The notes under the pieces are model-generated. The model was not told where the DNA came from, did no database searches, and saw only the letters and a program-made list of their open reading frames with translations. A DNA stretch of 64,000 nt from Octopus bimaculoides (lineage: Eukaryota). The stretch lies in the NCBI RefSeq assembly GCF_001194135.2, contig NC_068992.1, positions 52,146,226-52,210,225 on the forward strand, given 5' to 3'. Made by a program: the position numbers and the translations under genes. Of the stretch, positions 25,300 to 37,700 are shown piece by piece (within the stretch, counting starts at the first letter, position 1; each line of letters starts with the position of its first letter).

Positions 25300-25430
25300 G
25301 GTATTAAGAAGAGCATCCAGTCATAGAAAATATGGTAGACATTGGAGAATGATGCAGTCGTCTAACCTGTCAGACTCTGTCAAAGAGACCAATCCATACT
25401 GGCGAAGAAGCCAGATGTTTAATGATGATA

Positions 25431-25461
<31 letters not shown>

Positions 25462-25505
25462 CGACGACAATGACGACGACAATGACGACGACAATGGTGA
25501 TGTTT
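25300..25505 (+). mobile_element. Element E 3' tail with expanded (GAT/GAC)n
   Basis: ggttggtattaagaagagcatccag...ccatactggcgaagaagccagatgtttaatgatgat. Confidence 0.6.
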
Positions 25506-26507
25506 AAATGTGTACAAAATGACACAAGACTTAGATGAAATTACATCAAGAAGATTCTTAAACAAAAATTTTGATGAGATGGAGGGTTGGAGGTGAAAAT
25601 ACCCGCTTAAATGAAATAGTGATAGGTTTAATTCATTAGATTACTAAGATTAGATAGCATAAATGTTATCTTGGATTTCCTTCTTTCCGTAACCAAATAC
25701 ATTAGTACTCTTTGTATTTTGTGATAGATTACGAAACTACATATCAGTAAATTAAGTATTTATTCAGTTATTTTATAACAGCCATTCTATTATTATTGCT
25801 GATGTTATTGTTATTGTATTAAACCACTAATCTATACCAACTGGGTAATAAAAAAAAATTAGAAAGAAAATAATAATGAAATTGTTATATTTGTATTAAG
25901 ATGCACTTGTGTTGAAATATAAAACTGAAAGTGTCTAGCATTTTATGAAAGCGATGCTAATACAAGATGTATATGTTAGGAAATATATACACTGGAAACT
26001 TTAAATAAGAGAGAAGACAGATTTCTAAGCTGAAAGAAACTTTATGGACAATGTTAGGCTCGGATTACAAGGTTAAATTTTTAAAATAATTACTTTTAAC
26101 ATGAAAGTTTGGAATATGTCAAGACTAGTAATTCTACAGTACATTGGCAAACTTGATACATAAGATAAAAATCATTAATCTTAACTGATAACAACAATTC
26201 TCTTAATATTGGCATTAGAAGTAGAAGAATTTCATCGACTTCTTTATCAATCACACAAGTCTTCCTAATCTGGCAAGTGTACTTTCATAAGAGATTTTCT
26301 CAGTGATAGTGTGTGCAGATGTTGTGCTAAAGTAGAGCTATAAATGATATAATTGTATAAGAATGAAGCCGAATAGATATGTTGTCTTACTGTAATAAAC
26401 TGAAATAGCTACCGATTTATCTATTTCAATATTCAATAACACAGAAATCAATTTCAGAAAAGTAGCTTTTCACATATTGCTTTAAAGGTAGAAAACAATG
26501 TACTTAC

Positions 26508-26630
26508 CATATCTATTCTGAAGAGATAGAGGATGGGGTGAGCAAGTGGGCATTATCATCAGTTTTGTGTTTGGTTTTAGAATTGTCATAGAAACATTTT
26601 TCATCAAATTCCAGACTACATACAGCAAAC
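26508..26630 (-). CDS. Candidate internal exon (123 nt) of an unidentified minus-strand gene
   Basis: Acceptor ggtttttgtttttcttttttcAG, donor G|GTAAGT, length a multiple of 3. Phase-1 frame fully open (LLYVVWNLMKNVSMTILKPNTKLMIMPTCSPHPLSLQNRY). Phase-2 frame open except a TAG 5 nt before the donor. Not similar to any repeat family in the window. Confidence 0.5.
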
Positions 26631-27349
26631 CTGAAAAAAGAAAAACAAAAACCATAGAAGTAAACGTCGAGAAGACAATGACAAGATAAAATAATTATTA
26701 TTAGACAAAAACTAAACCATTTGGATTCTAAGAAACTAAGTGATATCAATCTTCTGTTTGCATATTAGCTCTGAAATCTTGATATCAATCTGTAAGCTGA
26801 AGTCATTTTTATTGATTAATGTGCATTTTTTTTATATCACTTTAATGTAAAATAAGCTTTCTAGTTGAACAAAAAAAAAGTACTTTATTTAATATGTCTA
26901 CATAAAGGATATGTGATAAGAGTTCACGAAATGTGTGAAGCCTACATTTTATTAATAAAGTTTCGTTTTGAAATGAAAAATTCCCAAAAAGGTACATGTG
27001 TGTATATGTGTGTGTGCACACACGCTTGTGTGTGTGTGTATGTGCGTGTTTGTGTGTGTGTTTGCGTGTCTGTGTTTGTGTATGTGTTTGTGTGTATGTG
27101 TGTATTAAATTAAGCTATTTAGTAATTTGAAAAGAAATGATAAAGGAAACATTAGAACACTATAAACAATCTTTTGAGTCTTCAGCTGCCAAAGGAAGGC
27201 AAAATAATTTATAATTCTATTTAACAAAGATTCTTTTGTATTATCTTTTTTTATGTCTTTTATTTAAAAAAAAAACTACCAAGTCAAATAAGAGATTTAT
27301 CTGAAATTACTGTTAAAAATGTACAGTATACTAAAACAATAATATTTGT

Positions 27350-27680
27350 TTCCACTCTAGGCACAAAGCCTGAAATGTTGGGGGAGGGGGCCAGTCAATT
27401 AGATGAACCTCAGTATGCAACTGGTACTTAATTTATCGACTCCAAAAGGATGAAATGCAAAGTCAACCTCGGCAGAATTTGAACTCAGAACATAAAGAAG
27501 CAAAATACTGCTCGGCATTTCGCCCGGCGTGCTAACGTTTCTGCCAGCTTACCAGCTTATTCATTTCTACTCTAGGCACAAGGTCCGAAATTTGGGGGGA
27601 GGGGGCCAGTCAATTAGATCGATCCCAGTATACAACTGGTACATAATTTATCGACTCCAAAAGGATGAAAGGCAAAGTCT
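27350..27680 (-). mobile_element. SINE family B, one full and one 3'-partial copy, inverted
   Basis: ctctaggcacaaagcc...actggtacttaatttatcgac...gaatttgaactcagaac...gctaacgtttctgccagc, then a second 3' segment from 27562. Confidence 0.9.
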
Positions 27681-27774
27681 AGAAGAATATTTCCTAAAGA
27701 AGGAATTTAACACTGAAATAAAAAAAACGCAAGATAAAAGTACAAACCATCAATTTGTGTTATTTCTTTAAATT

Positions 27775-28358
27775 AAGGCTGAATCATTAGAATGCTGGGT
27801 AAAATGCTCAGCAATATTTTGGTTATCCTTATGTTCAGAGTTTAAATTCTGCTGTGGTTGATAAAACAAAATAAGCACCAATTGAACATTGGGGCTGATG
27901 TAATGGATTTATTCCATCCCAAAATTGCTGGCCTTGTATCAAGATTTGAAGCTAATATTTGTACACATAAGGTTGTGTGCTGGCAGAATTGTTAACACCT
28001 TAAGCAAAATGCTTAGCAGTATTTTATCCATCTTTATATTCTGAGTTCAAATTTCGCCAAGATCAACTTTGCTGTTCATTCTTTTGGGATCGATAAAATA
28101 AAGGATTTCAACTTAATAAAGAGCTTGTTGCTGTAAATCAATTTTATATAACAGGCGGTGAGCTGGCAGAAATGTTAGCACACCGGGTGAAATGCTTAGC
28201 TGTATTTCGTCTATCTTTACGTTCTTAGTTCAAATTCCACCAAGATATACATTCCCATTCATCCTTTCAGGGTTGATAAATTAAGTACCAGTTGCGTACT
28301 GGAGTCGATCTAATTGGCTGGCCCCACCCCAAAAATTTGTGTCTAGAGTAGAAAAGAA
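27775..28358 (+). mobile_element. Cluster of three SINE family B copies, best at 28152-28358
   Basis: GGCGGTGAGCTGGCAGAAATGTTAGC...GTTCAAATTCC...TAAGTACCAGTTGCGTACTGGAGTCGATCTAAT...GTAGAAAAGAA. Confidence 0.9.
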
Positions 28359-28657
28359 ATCTATTTTACATGTAAGAAGAAAAATAATCCCATCATAGTT
28401 AACAGTCAAATACCTAAGGGATACATGTAGACGTGCAGCAATAAGAAATACACAATATATGTGAAGATGACTAGCTAATGACTTGAACTGATAAGTTGGT
28501 TTATCTCTTGTGTAACACACAAATTTAACACAAAATGAGCAACAGAGCAGCATCGTTGTAATGCATAGCTTTGTGGTCAAGTAGTTTGTTTTATAACTCT
28601 TTCATTTCAATTTTAGTTCCATTCCACAGCAATTTGTGTAAGAATATGTACATATGT

Positions 28658-28915
28658 GGAGGCACGTGGCTTAGTGGTTAGGGTGTCAGCATCATGATCG
28701 TAAGATTATGGTTTCGATTCCTGGACTGGGCGCCGCGTTGTGTTCTTGAGCAAAACACTTCATTTCACGTTGCTCCAGTCCACTCAGCTGGCAAAAATGA
28801 GTAATGCTGTGAGGGACTGACTGATGCAAGCATAGAAACGTGGGTGTTAAATAATGATGATGATGGTGGTGGTGGTGGTGGTGGTGATGGTGGTAAGTGT
28901 GGTGACGATGACGAC
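28658..28915 (+). mobile_element. SINE family D head joined to (GAT/GGT)n tail
   Basis: GGAGGCACGTGGCTTAGTGG (A box), GTTTCGATTCC (B box), cactcagctggcaaaaatgagt, then tgcaagcatagaaacgtgggtgttaaataatgatgatg. Confidence 0.85.
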
Positions 28916-30002
28916 AATTACAACATTAACAACAATGACGATAATGAATTGCAATGATGTTTACACAGTTATCCTGTTGTGCCGTTATGCATAATATTAT
29001 ATAATACACTTTCTTGTGCATTGTCAATCCTAGTTTACAGTTGAAGTGATCAAAAGCAGAATTACCAAATAACTGCAAATCATAAGCTCTAGCATAATGA
29101 AAAATTTTAATGTGATATACAGAAAAAAATGTAGAAAATAAAGCAAAAAATGCACATATCACATTTGTGAGATGTTGGTGATACGAAAATTATTTAATGA
29201 CAAACAAAGAGATAGTCTGAACTGTCAGTACAGACCAATGCAATAGCACACATCGCAGAAAATTTGGACAAGAAATTTTAATGATTAAAATTGAGGTGAT
29301 TTATTTATTTAAATCAACACTAAAATATGTTATTATGACAGAAAATTTATGTGAAATTACATATTCTGATGAAAATCTTAAGAGTTTGAAAATATCTCTT
29401 TGAAAATATAGTTGAAATAACAAAGAAAATATTTTATGATGGCTATCAAAGCAAATTAAAGTTTCATCATCTATCACGAAAAACAAAAATATTTATTACA
29501 ACAATTAGGAATTTTTATTACATAATTTAGTCTAACAGACAAAATCTTATTTATTACATGAGCCAAGAAATTTTATTATATTTCTTAATCTCAAAGACAA
29601 AATCTAACTACAGCAAATGGGAAATTCTTTTTTATAATATTGTTTTGCTTGGTGTGATGTTATCAATTTATCTCGCACTAAGTTGTCTTAGATTAAAATA
29701 AATAAAAGAAAAACAAATTCCAACATCTATTTAGGCAGAATATATCAGAGATTTGTAAGAGAACTTGACCTCCTCAACCACTGATGCCAAACTGTGCAAT
29801 AAATCTACCCTATTGCAAAAGTTTATCATTTTAGTGTCTAGATTATAGTCGTCAGTTTATGGGGTCATCATAGAACTCAACCTTTTCCGAATAGAAAAAT
29901 TTACAGCTAAAGAAAATCACAAAACAATGCCATGAAACAATTGAGCAACTTTGCAATATTAAGCTCAAATCAAAACTACTAAGAAGTTATAATTGATTTC
30001 AG

Positions 30003-30062
30003 AATAACTCCTGAACAGCAATATATTTCTAAGGGAAATGAGCTTTTTATAAAGTACAAACA
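30003..30062 (+). CDS. Weak candidate exon (60 nt, phase 2-2)
   Basis: ttgatttcAG...CA|GTAAAG. Reads ITPEQQYISKGNELFIKYK, loosely like the CUB-domain S.GN.L.I.F segment. Confidence 0.2.
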
Positions 30063-30395
30063 GTAAAGACATTTTACATTAAATAATAGAAAAGTTTTAT
30101 ACAACATGAATTATTCTCTAAAGGTGACAATAATATTGATTTCTGCAAATTATCGTTTGAGTAACAAATGGCACCAATAAATGTTTAATCCTGTATGTCT
30201 ATGTGTGCATGTGTGTAATGATAAAAAGTTACTTTTAATAAGTTCAAGATTTGGAAATGTTCTTGGGTCTGTATCATAACAACCATTGATTGAAAGAAAA
30301 TTTGGTCAAGCATTTAATCAATATATCTATGTGGTTGTATACATATATGCGTATATTTATGTCTTGGTATGTTTCTATGTGTGTATGACTGTGTT

Positions 30396-30443
<48 letters not shown>

Positions 30444-30808
30444 CAACAAACTTTGTGCCCCTATCTCGTTGGCTGGTTTCCCTCTTTCTGTCATGCTGTA
30501 GGAACGGGGAAGGAGAAAAGTAGCAGCAAAGAAATAACAGAGAAAGAAATCATTATAAAGAAATGGAATTAGATAGCATGAAAGAGTGAGAGTGAAAGAG
30601 AGAGGGAAGAGAGAGTAGTCAATTAAGAAAACACATAAAACAGGTAGTCAAGTGAATTGAAAGTGAAGGCTAGAGACAAATGAAAGAAAGAGGAATTGAA
30701 GGAACAGATTGTATGATTAAAAGAAGTGGAAAGAAGAAAGAAAGTAGAACCCTGAAATACAGAGGGGGATTTACAAGAAAACATGATAAAATATATACTA
30801 CATATACA

Positions 30809-30861
<53 letters not shown>

Positions 30862-30862
<1 letters not shown>

Positions 30863-31016
30863 CTCTGTGTCACGCTGAATATCCCCGAGAACTACGTTAA
30901 GGGTCTCATGTCTGTGGAGTGCTCAGCCTCTTGCACGTTAATTTCACGAGCACGCTGTTCCATTGATCGGATCAACTGGAACTCTCGACGTCATAAGCGA
31001 TGGAGTGCCAACAACA
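30862..31016 (+). mobile_element. SINE family C, 3' half
   Basis: gtgtcacgctgaatatccccgagaactacgttaaggg...cacgttaatttcacgagc...ggagtgccaacaac. Confidence 0.9.
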
Positions 31017-31769
31017 TATGTATTTTATAGATGGTTAGGGTAAATTCCAGCTGTTTCCTCTTGAAGCATGTCTGCTTATTCTATTATTACAATCCAATAT
31101 GTGATCACAGTTGCTGTTATGTGTTAGTCAAAATACATATTAAAATTGAGAATTAGGAAAATATTATTTGCCAAATTATTGTGCATGTGTGTGTGTGTGT
31201 GTTTATATATATGCATGCATATGTATAAGAGGTCCGTGAATGAGAAAGTCTGCAGTTAGCTATTTCAGAGGAGCAGGTACCATAATAGAATTGGCAGAAG
31301 ATGCAGAGAAGAAACATTATGTCTATAAATTTGATGGCTGAAATGTAATGATTGTTTAAATGTTTGGCAATTAGTTCGGTGAGCTACATCACAATTTAAT
31401 GTAGTGTGTCCATGTGTATAGCAGTACCACAATCAATCAGATAAGCTTTGTGAAAGGTTAGCAACGGATCAGGGATGGAATATTTATTAGCACTCATTCA
31501 ATAAGAATTTACTGAGCCAAGCTCATTAGCTCACTGTAGCCAATGGAAAATGTCTGTTAAATTGATTCATTTTTTTTTTAATACAAATTTATACCTGAAA
31601 TGATTTGGCCAGTGATATGAAGGTTAAGTATTCTTATTATAGCTGTAATTGATGTTTCTCCTGCTAATGTATGATTAATGGAGAAAGTAAAGAAAGCTAG
31701 CAACGGTGATATCATTGCTGAAGATTTATAATAGCATGTGGAGTGAATTGATAATAACTGCATAATGGA

Positions 31770-32050
31770 GCAACATTCGTTTATGTGAACGTGCAACCTC
31801 TGCCACAGACAGGTCAGCTTGGAGGCCTCCCACCTCATGAGCAGTAGTTGCCTTTGGAAAAGACTGGCAATGGGATCTTGCTGCTGCAAGTGACAGATAT
31901 CACAGGGCAGCATCCGCGTCAATCCATACAGCAGACTATCATTGTGACACTTGTGGGTGTCTGTGTGCTTCAATCTCTTGATTGTAGAGTTACATGCACT
32001 CTCATCATTAAGAAAACAAACTTTGTCATCATCGGACACCAACAGACTAT
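31770..32050 (+). mobile_element. RTE (BovB-like) LINE 3' end remnant
   Basis: ATDRSAWR at 31802 and YHCDTCGCLCASIS*L*SYMH at 31937 (terminal C2H2-like motif C..CGR.C.SR.GL.SH), then gtcatcatcggacacc. Confidence 0.7.
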
Positions 32051-32539
32051 TAACAAGGCATAATGCATTACATACTAAGATTAACAGTTTACAGTAAAAA
32101 TGTTAAAAGTTACACATTTGAGAGTAATTTGCATAATTTTTCGAGGGCTTTATGATTCTGCATTTGAGAATAGGTTATTGAGATGTATTTAAGTGATGAA
32201 ACTAGCATGATGATGTTTAATGTTTATTGTGTACTTGGTAAAGTCATAAAATTAATACAAGTTATGGCTATGGAAGTTGACCAGAGCCTAACTGTGCTAA
32301 CATTGTTTAATATTTTTGTTAATGTATATCTACCAACTAAGAAAAAATTACTTAAAACAACTGTCAGTATTAGAGTGATTTTTTTGAATAATAAAATAAA
32401 ATAAAATTTTGAAAATGGGAGGAAGGGGGTTAATTTCGATCCCTTTAAGACAAGACCTTTGTGTCATAGAAGCAGGGTTGATCTCAGGTGTGTTGATATG
32501 AGTGTTGCAGGTATTACAAATGAGTTGGTAAGATAGTGA

Positions 32540-33110
32540 GTTGGCAGAATCTTTAGCACACCAGACAAAATGCTTAGCAGCATATTTCTTGTTCTACTTT
32601 CTGAGTTAAAATGCCACCAAAGTTGACCTTACATTTCATCCTTTTAACATTGATAAAATAATTATGAATTGAACACAGGGATGTTCAGCTTTATGCTCTA
32701 AGTTCAGATTTCACTGATGTCAACATTACCTTTCACCCCTTTGAAGCCAGTAGAGGCATGTGGCTTAATGGTTAGGGTATTAGAGCCATGATCATAAGAC
32801 TGGTTTTGATTGCTGGACTGGGTCATGCTTTGTGTTCTTGAACAAAGTACTTAATTTCAAGTTGCCCCAGTTCACTCAGCTGTCAGAAATGAGTAATCCT
32901 GCAACAGACTCGTATCCCATCCAGGTGGGGAATATATACACCATGAAACCAGGAAACTGGCTCGTATGAGTTGGCAGGGCTCGAGAAAGTAGCTTTACCT
33001 AAAAAGAGGAACACACACATTTGAGGTCAAGGAAGTAACTTCAAGTTGAACACTGGGATCGATGGAATCGAGTAACCCCTTGCCCTTACGATTTAAGCCT
33101 TGTTTCTTTA
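32540..33110 (+). mobile_element. Cluster of SINE B fragments with a SINE D copy (32752-33000)
   Basis: Family B motifs at 32545, 32690 and 33025. Family D head agaggcatgtggcttaatggttagg...cactcagctgtcagaaatgagt...tcccatccagg. Confidence 0.7.
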
Positions 33111-34431
33111 GTCAAAATTTTCATAACTAAATTGAAAATTACATACTGCTATTAATATTCTATATTGCGATGGAATTTAGAACCTGCAAAAACTTTGGGT
33201 CTGAGTAGAAAGCTGGGTGATTCAATGAAGGTACATGGATTTTTGAGTTTAATATTAATTTGTAGTAATTGTTATAATGAAAGGTGATTCACTTGACTCA
33301 GATATAATGAAATAAATCTAAAAGCAAGCATAAAAATTAGAATCACTAATCTGTATATGAGAGGTTAATTTATTTAAGTGTTTGTATATGACTCTGCATG
33401 TGGTCTGACAGGATTAAAATTTTTAATTTGTTAGGTTAATATAATTTAGTAAAATGTTCAATGTCTGCTGGGAAAATGTATTGTTTTGTTTCAAAACCTC
33501 TGCTAATAAGATTATTAAACAAGTCCATGTATGCCTAACGATAGCCCAAGCAACAGAGGAAGTTAAATTTTTTCAACCAAAACCAATAAATTCTAATGGT
33601 TAGTATTTATTGGCTTGCTAAAAAAACAAACAGTATTACGCAATTCCAAGTAGGAGATTCCTCTCAAAACCATTTCTTTGGCAATGGTATCATCTTCATC
33701 ATCTCAACCAAAATCTGCACAAGAAACCACATGCAAAGAAATTGTAAATGAGGAATAAAAATTACCGAATTTTTGCAATTGGTTTGCCAACAAAAATAGC
33801 AATGCAAGGAAATGTTGAAGAGTCATCTAACTTCTAGAAAAATCACCATCACCTTCTTTCCTTCTCCTCACCATCATCATCCTCATCAACCTCACCACCA
33901 CATAATCATCACCAGCGTCATCATCGTTGTCATTTAATGACCGGCTTCCATGCTGGCATTGACAGGACAGCGTTTTAACGATCTGACAATTTAAAGAACT
34001 GCATTTTACACCAATGACTACTTTTGTGCGGTTTCTATGGATGGATCTCATTTCAAATGCCATCCACTTTATGGCTTGTGCAGCATGCTGTTTTTGTTGC
34101 ACCATCAGTTGTAGTAATCATCTCAAAGCTTGTAAGGTTAAGGCCTTAAAATGTTCCTGTCACTGAGAGAGAGCAGATGTGATAGTGTGAGGTGATCTTA
34201 GTCAGAGGGATGAAGGAAGGTAATTAATGAGGTAGGGAGGTGATTATATCAAGGAGAGATGAATCTGATCTGTTATAGAGGCTTAAAAAATCTAGTAGCC
34301 ATAGATACCTTAGACCAAAAATACAGGCTGATTTTGTTAGATGATATTTACTGGTTGAAATAGGAATAAATATTTTGAGGTATTTCTGATAAATAGTCTT
34401 ATATCGCTGACAAATATCGTCATTGTTGCCG

Positions 34432-34478
<47 letters not shown>

Positions 34479-34480
<2 letters not shown>

Positions 34481-34640
34481 CGTAGGAGTGGCTGTGTGGT
34501 AAGTAGCTTGCTTACGAATCACATGGTTCTGGGTTCAGTCCCACTGCATGGCATCTTGGGCAAGTGTCTTCTGCTATAGCCTCAGTCCGGCCAAAGCCTT
34601 GTGAGTGGATTTGGTTGACGGAAACTGAAAGAAGCCTGTC

Positions 34641-34681
<41 letters not shown>

Positions 34682-34873
34682 TCCCCCCAACATCACTTGA
34701 CAACCAATGCTGGTGTGTTCACGTCCTCGTAACTTAGCGGTTCGGCAAGAGAGACCGATATAATAAGTACTAGGCTTACAAAGAATAAGTCCTCGGGTTG
34801 ATTTGCTCAATTAAAGTCAGTGCTCCAGCATGGCCACAGTCAAATGACAGAAACAAGTAAAAGCGTAAAAGAG
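34479..34873 (+). mobile_element. SINE family A, full length, inserted in (TA)n
   Basis: Complete A/B boxes, CORE-like block, internal (TG)n and 3' half. (TA)n on both flanks. Confidence 0.9.
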
Positions 34874-35073
34874 TATATATATATATATATATATGTATAT
34901 ATTTATATATACATANNNNNNNNNNNNNNNNNNNNNNNNNNNNNNNNNNNNNNNNNNNNNNNNNNNNNNNNNNNNNNNNNNNNNNNNNNNNNNNNNNNNN
35001 NNNNNNNNNNNNNNNNNNNNNNNNNNNNNNNNNNNNNNNNNNNNNNNNNNNNNNNNNNNNNNNNNNNNNNNNN

Positions 35074-35115
<42 letters not shown>

Positions 35116-36169
35116 CATATCTCATGCACATTATGTAGATATATGTAAGACATATAATTATGGGAAAACATGAATGAACATTCATTTTATATATATACAA
35201 TAAATATGCATATATACATATATACATATATATATATATATTTCAGGGGTGTTTACTCCGAGTGTGTTAGGTGTGCACTGCACATCCATCAAAAATGGCA
35301 AATTCATTATAAATATTAAGCTTACTCATTAATTTCATAACAAATGTTAATGGAAAACTTTTGTTATACCTTTGCTTGGAATTTGGCAGCACTGGGTGTA
35401 GCAACAAACCCAATACAACAACCACTATATGTCACTGATATAGTTATATATATATATATAGATAGATAGATAGATAGATATAGATATAGATATATAGATA
35501 TATAGATATATATTATATGCATATGTGTATATATGTGTACATATCTGTATAAACATGTATGTATGGGTATAAATGTTTATGCATATATATATATAGTATA
35601 TATACACACGTGTATACATGCATACTAACATACATGCATAGTTATTACCATGTAAAATTTGGCAAGTACTTGCATCTCCAAGACTAAAATATTTTAATGA
35701 CCACACAAGAATTATTCCATTAATCTAATAATTAGCAATGTTTATTTACTAAACAAACACACAATTAAAAAAAATTAAATTTAGATTCCATAATGATAAT
35801 TGCAAAATGATAGCAAACTTCCATATTCAATTAATAGATGATATAAATATTTTGGTTGGAATACGAAACAACAAGTGAGTGTTAATTACAGATTGCATTC
35901 AATAAATGCGGTTCTGTTGATATGATCATTAAACAGTCTCCTCTTCTCGTTCTCTCCAGTGAGATATTCAGAATATATGTGAGCATTTACTTAGATGAAG
36001 ACCTGAACTTGTGGTAAGGAGTTCACTTGAAGCTATGCTGTTTAGTTTTCTATACCACTGCATAGACTGGTCTTAGCTGGCCAATGCTTTGTGAATGAAT
36101 TTAGGTTTACAGAATTTGGAAGATGCATATTGGACACACACCCACAAATAAATAAATAAATAAATATTA

Positions 36170-36330
36170 GCACAGGAGTGGCTGTGTGGTAAGTAGCTTG
36201 CTAACCAACCACATTTTTCCGGGTTCAGTCCCACTGCGTGGCACCTTGGGCAAGTGTCTTCTACTATAGCCTCGGGCTGACCAAAGCCTTGTGAGTGGAT
36301 TTGGTAGATGGAAACTGAAAGAAGCCCATC

Positions 36331-36367
<37 letters not shown>
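36170..36367 (+). mobile_element. SINE family A, 5' half plus (TA)n
   Basis: gcacaggagtggctgtgtgg...gaaactgaaagaagcccatcg(TA)n. No 3' half. Confidence 0.9.
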
Positions 36368-36372
<5 letters not shown>

Positions 36373-36639
36373 TGGAAGGTTTGGAGGTGATGTACAGAAA
36401 TTATATATTAGAAAAAATAATAAACAGGTATGGTCGTATATTTACATATTTTTATTCATATGTCACATGTTTTATAAGTTACCGCTTTCACCTAGTCTTG
36501 TAGGTTTATCAAATTTTGATTACACCTTGAGATGTTATTGTTTCACTTTTGACATGTAATACTGAAATAGTGTAAGAGATAAGAGATTGTTCTGGGCTCG
36601 CATTAAGCAAGAAGTTGAAGATTTCTTTTGGCCCGTGAC

Positions 36640-36770
36640 ACTGCATAGCCCCTAAGTAAGGCATGTGTAAATTTTGAATGAAATTAGTTGAGTAGTTTTT
36701 GAGTTTTTAAGGATTCAAGCAGACAGACAGACCCATTCTCAAAAATTATATATATAGATCATACCATTTT
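36640..36770 (+). mobile_element. Possible non-autonomous Helitron-type 3' end
   Basis: gaaattagttgagtagtttttgagttt...cagacagacagacccattctc...tatatatatagat, a layout I recall from non-autonomous Helitron ends. Lies 460 bp from a Helitron helicase fragment. Confidence 0.3.
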
Positions 36771-37231
36771 GGAGTGAAGATGATCCTAGGATTGAATATG
36801 TATCCTTCATCTAGTTCTTGAATATTCAGTATTCAGGTCAGGTCTGGATGAAGATTTGTTATATGGTAATAGTTGAAAATTCAAATTTTAAAAGACCTCC
36901 AAAAAATTGTGAACTCACAAGTTCACAAATTTTCATTTAAACTGAATTGAATGTAATTCCAAAACTTTGTGAATCTAAAAAATATTTTACAATCAGTTTA
37001 TTTAAAACTAGATCCAATTACAGTGAGAACTTCAATATTTCCAAATCAGACTTTTGGCTCATATCAAACTTTTGGTCCCTTTCAGACTTTTGGGCCCAAA
37101 TCAAACTTCTGCCCAAACTGGATTATCAGTCAGATTGGACTTTGACTTGATTGGACTTCCAGCTGGATTGAACTTTTGGCAGAGTCAGTATATTCAGAGA
37201 TTTGAATATTGGAAGATTTATAGCTCAGCTA

Positions 37232-37700
37232 CTGGATCTGAGAAATAAAAGCATTCAGCAAGACAGCAATCAAGACATCACATTTCCAAATGGCCGTAGC
37301 ATTTTGGTCAATACTGTAGAAGAGTCGATTACCAAAGTTTACCCAAACATAGGACATAATTTTCAAGATCATGATTGACTTTGTGAAAGAGCCATACTTG
37401 CACCAAAGAAGGAAACTGTCCAGGTTGTCAGTTGGAAACTTACACAATCAATCAATAACAAGGGAAAAAAATCATTTCTCAGTTGATTCTGTTGTGGACT
37501 CCAATGATGCAGTGAATTATCCTGCTGAATTTCTTAACTCTTTGGATCCTCCTGAAATGCCTTCTCACAAACTGACATTGAAGAAAGGAGTTCCAGCCAT
37601 GCTTTTGCAAAAAATGGATCTTCCAAAGCTGTGCAATGGAACAAGACTGATTGTCAGGCAAATGCATCCACATCTTTTGGAAGCAACAATCCTCACTGGC
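37232..37700 (+). mobile_element. Helitron RepHel PIF1-like helicase fragment (pseudogenised)
   Basis: ESITKVYPNIGHNFQDHD*LCERAILAPK, a frameshift, then SVDSVVDSNDAVNYPAEFLNSLDPPEMPSHKLTLKKGVPAMLLQKMDLPKLCNGTRLIVRQMHPHLLEATILTG. These are diagnostic Helitron helicase motifs. Confidence 0.9.

Noticed and set aside
31578-32042. 154-aa minus-strand ORF as a gene
   Set aside because: It is the antisense of a decayed RTE LINE 3' end on the plus strand.
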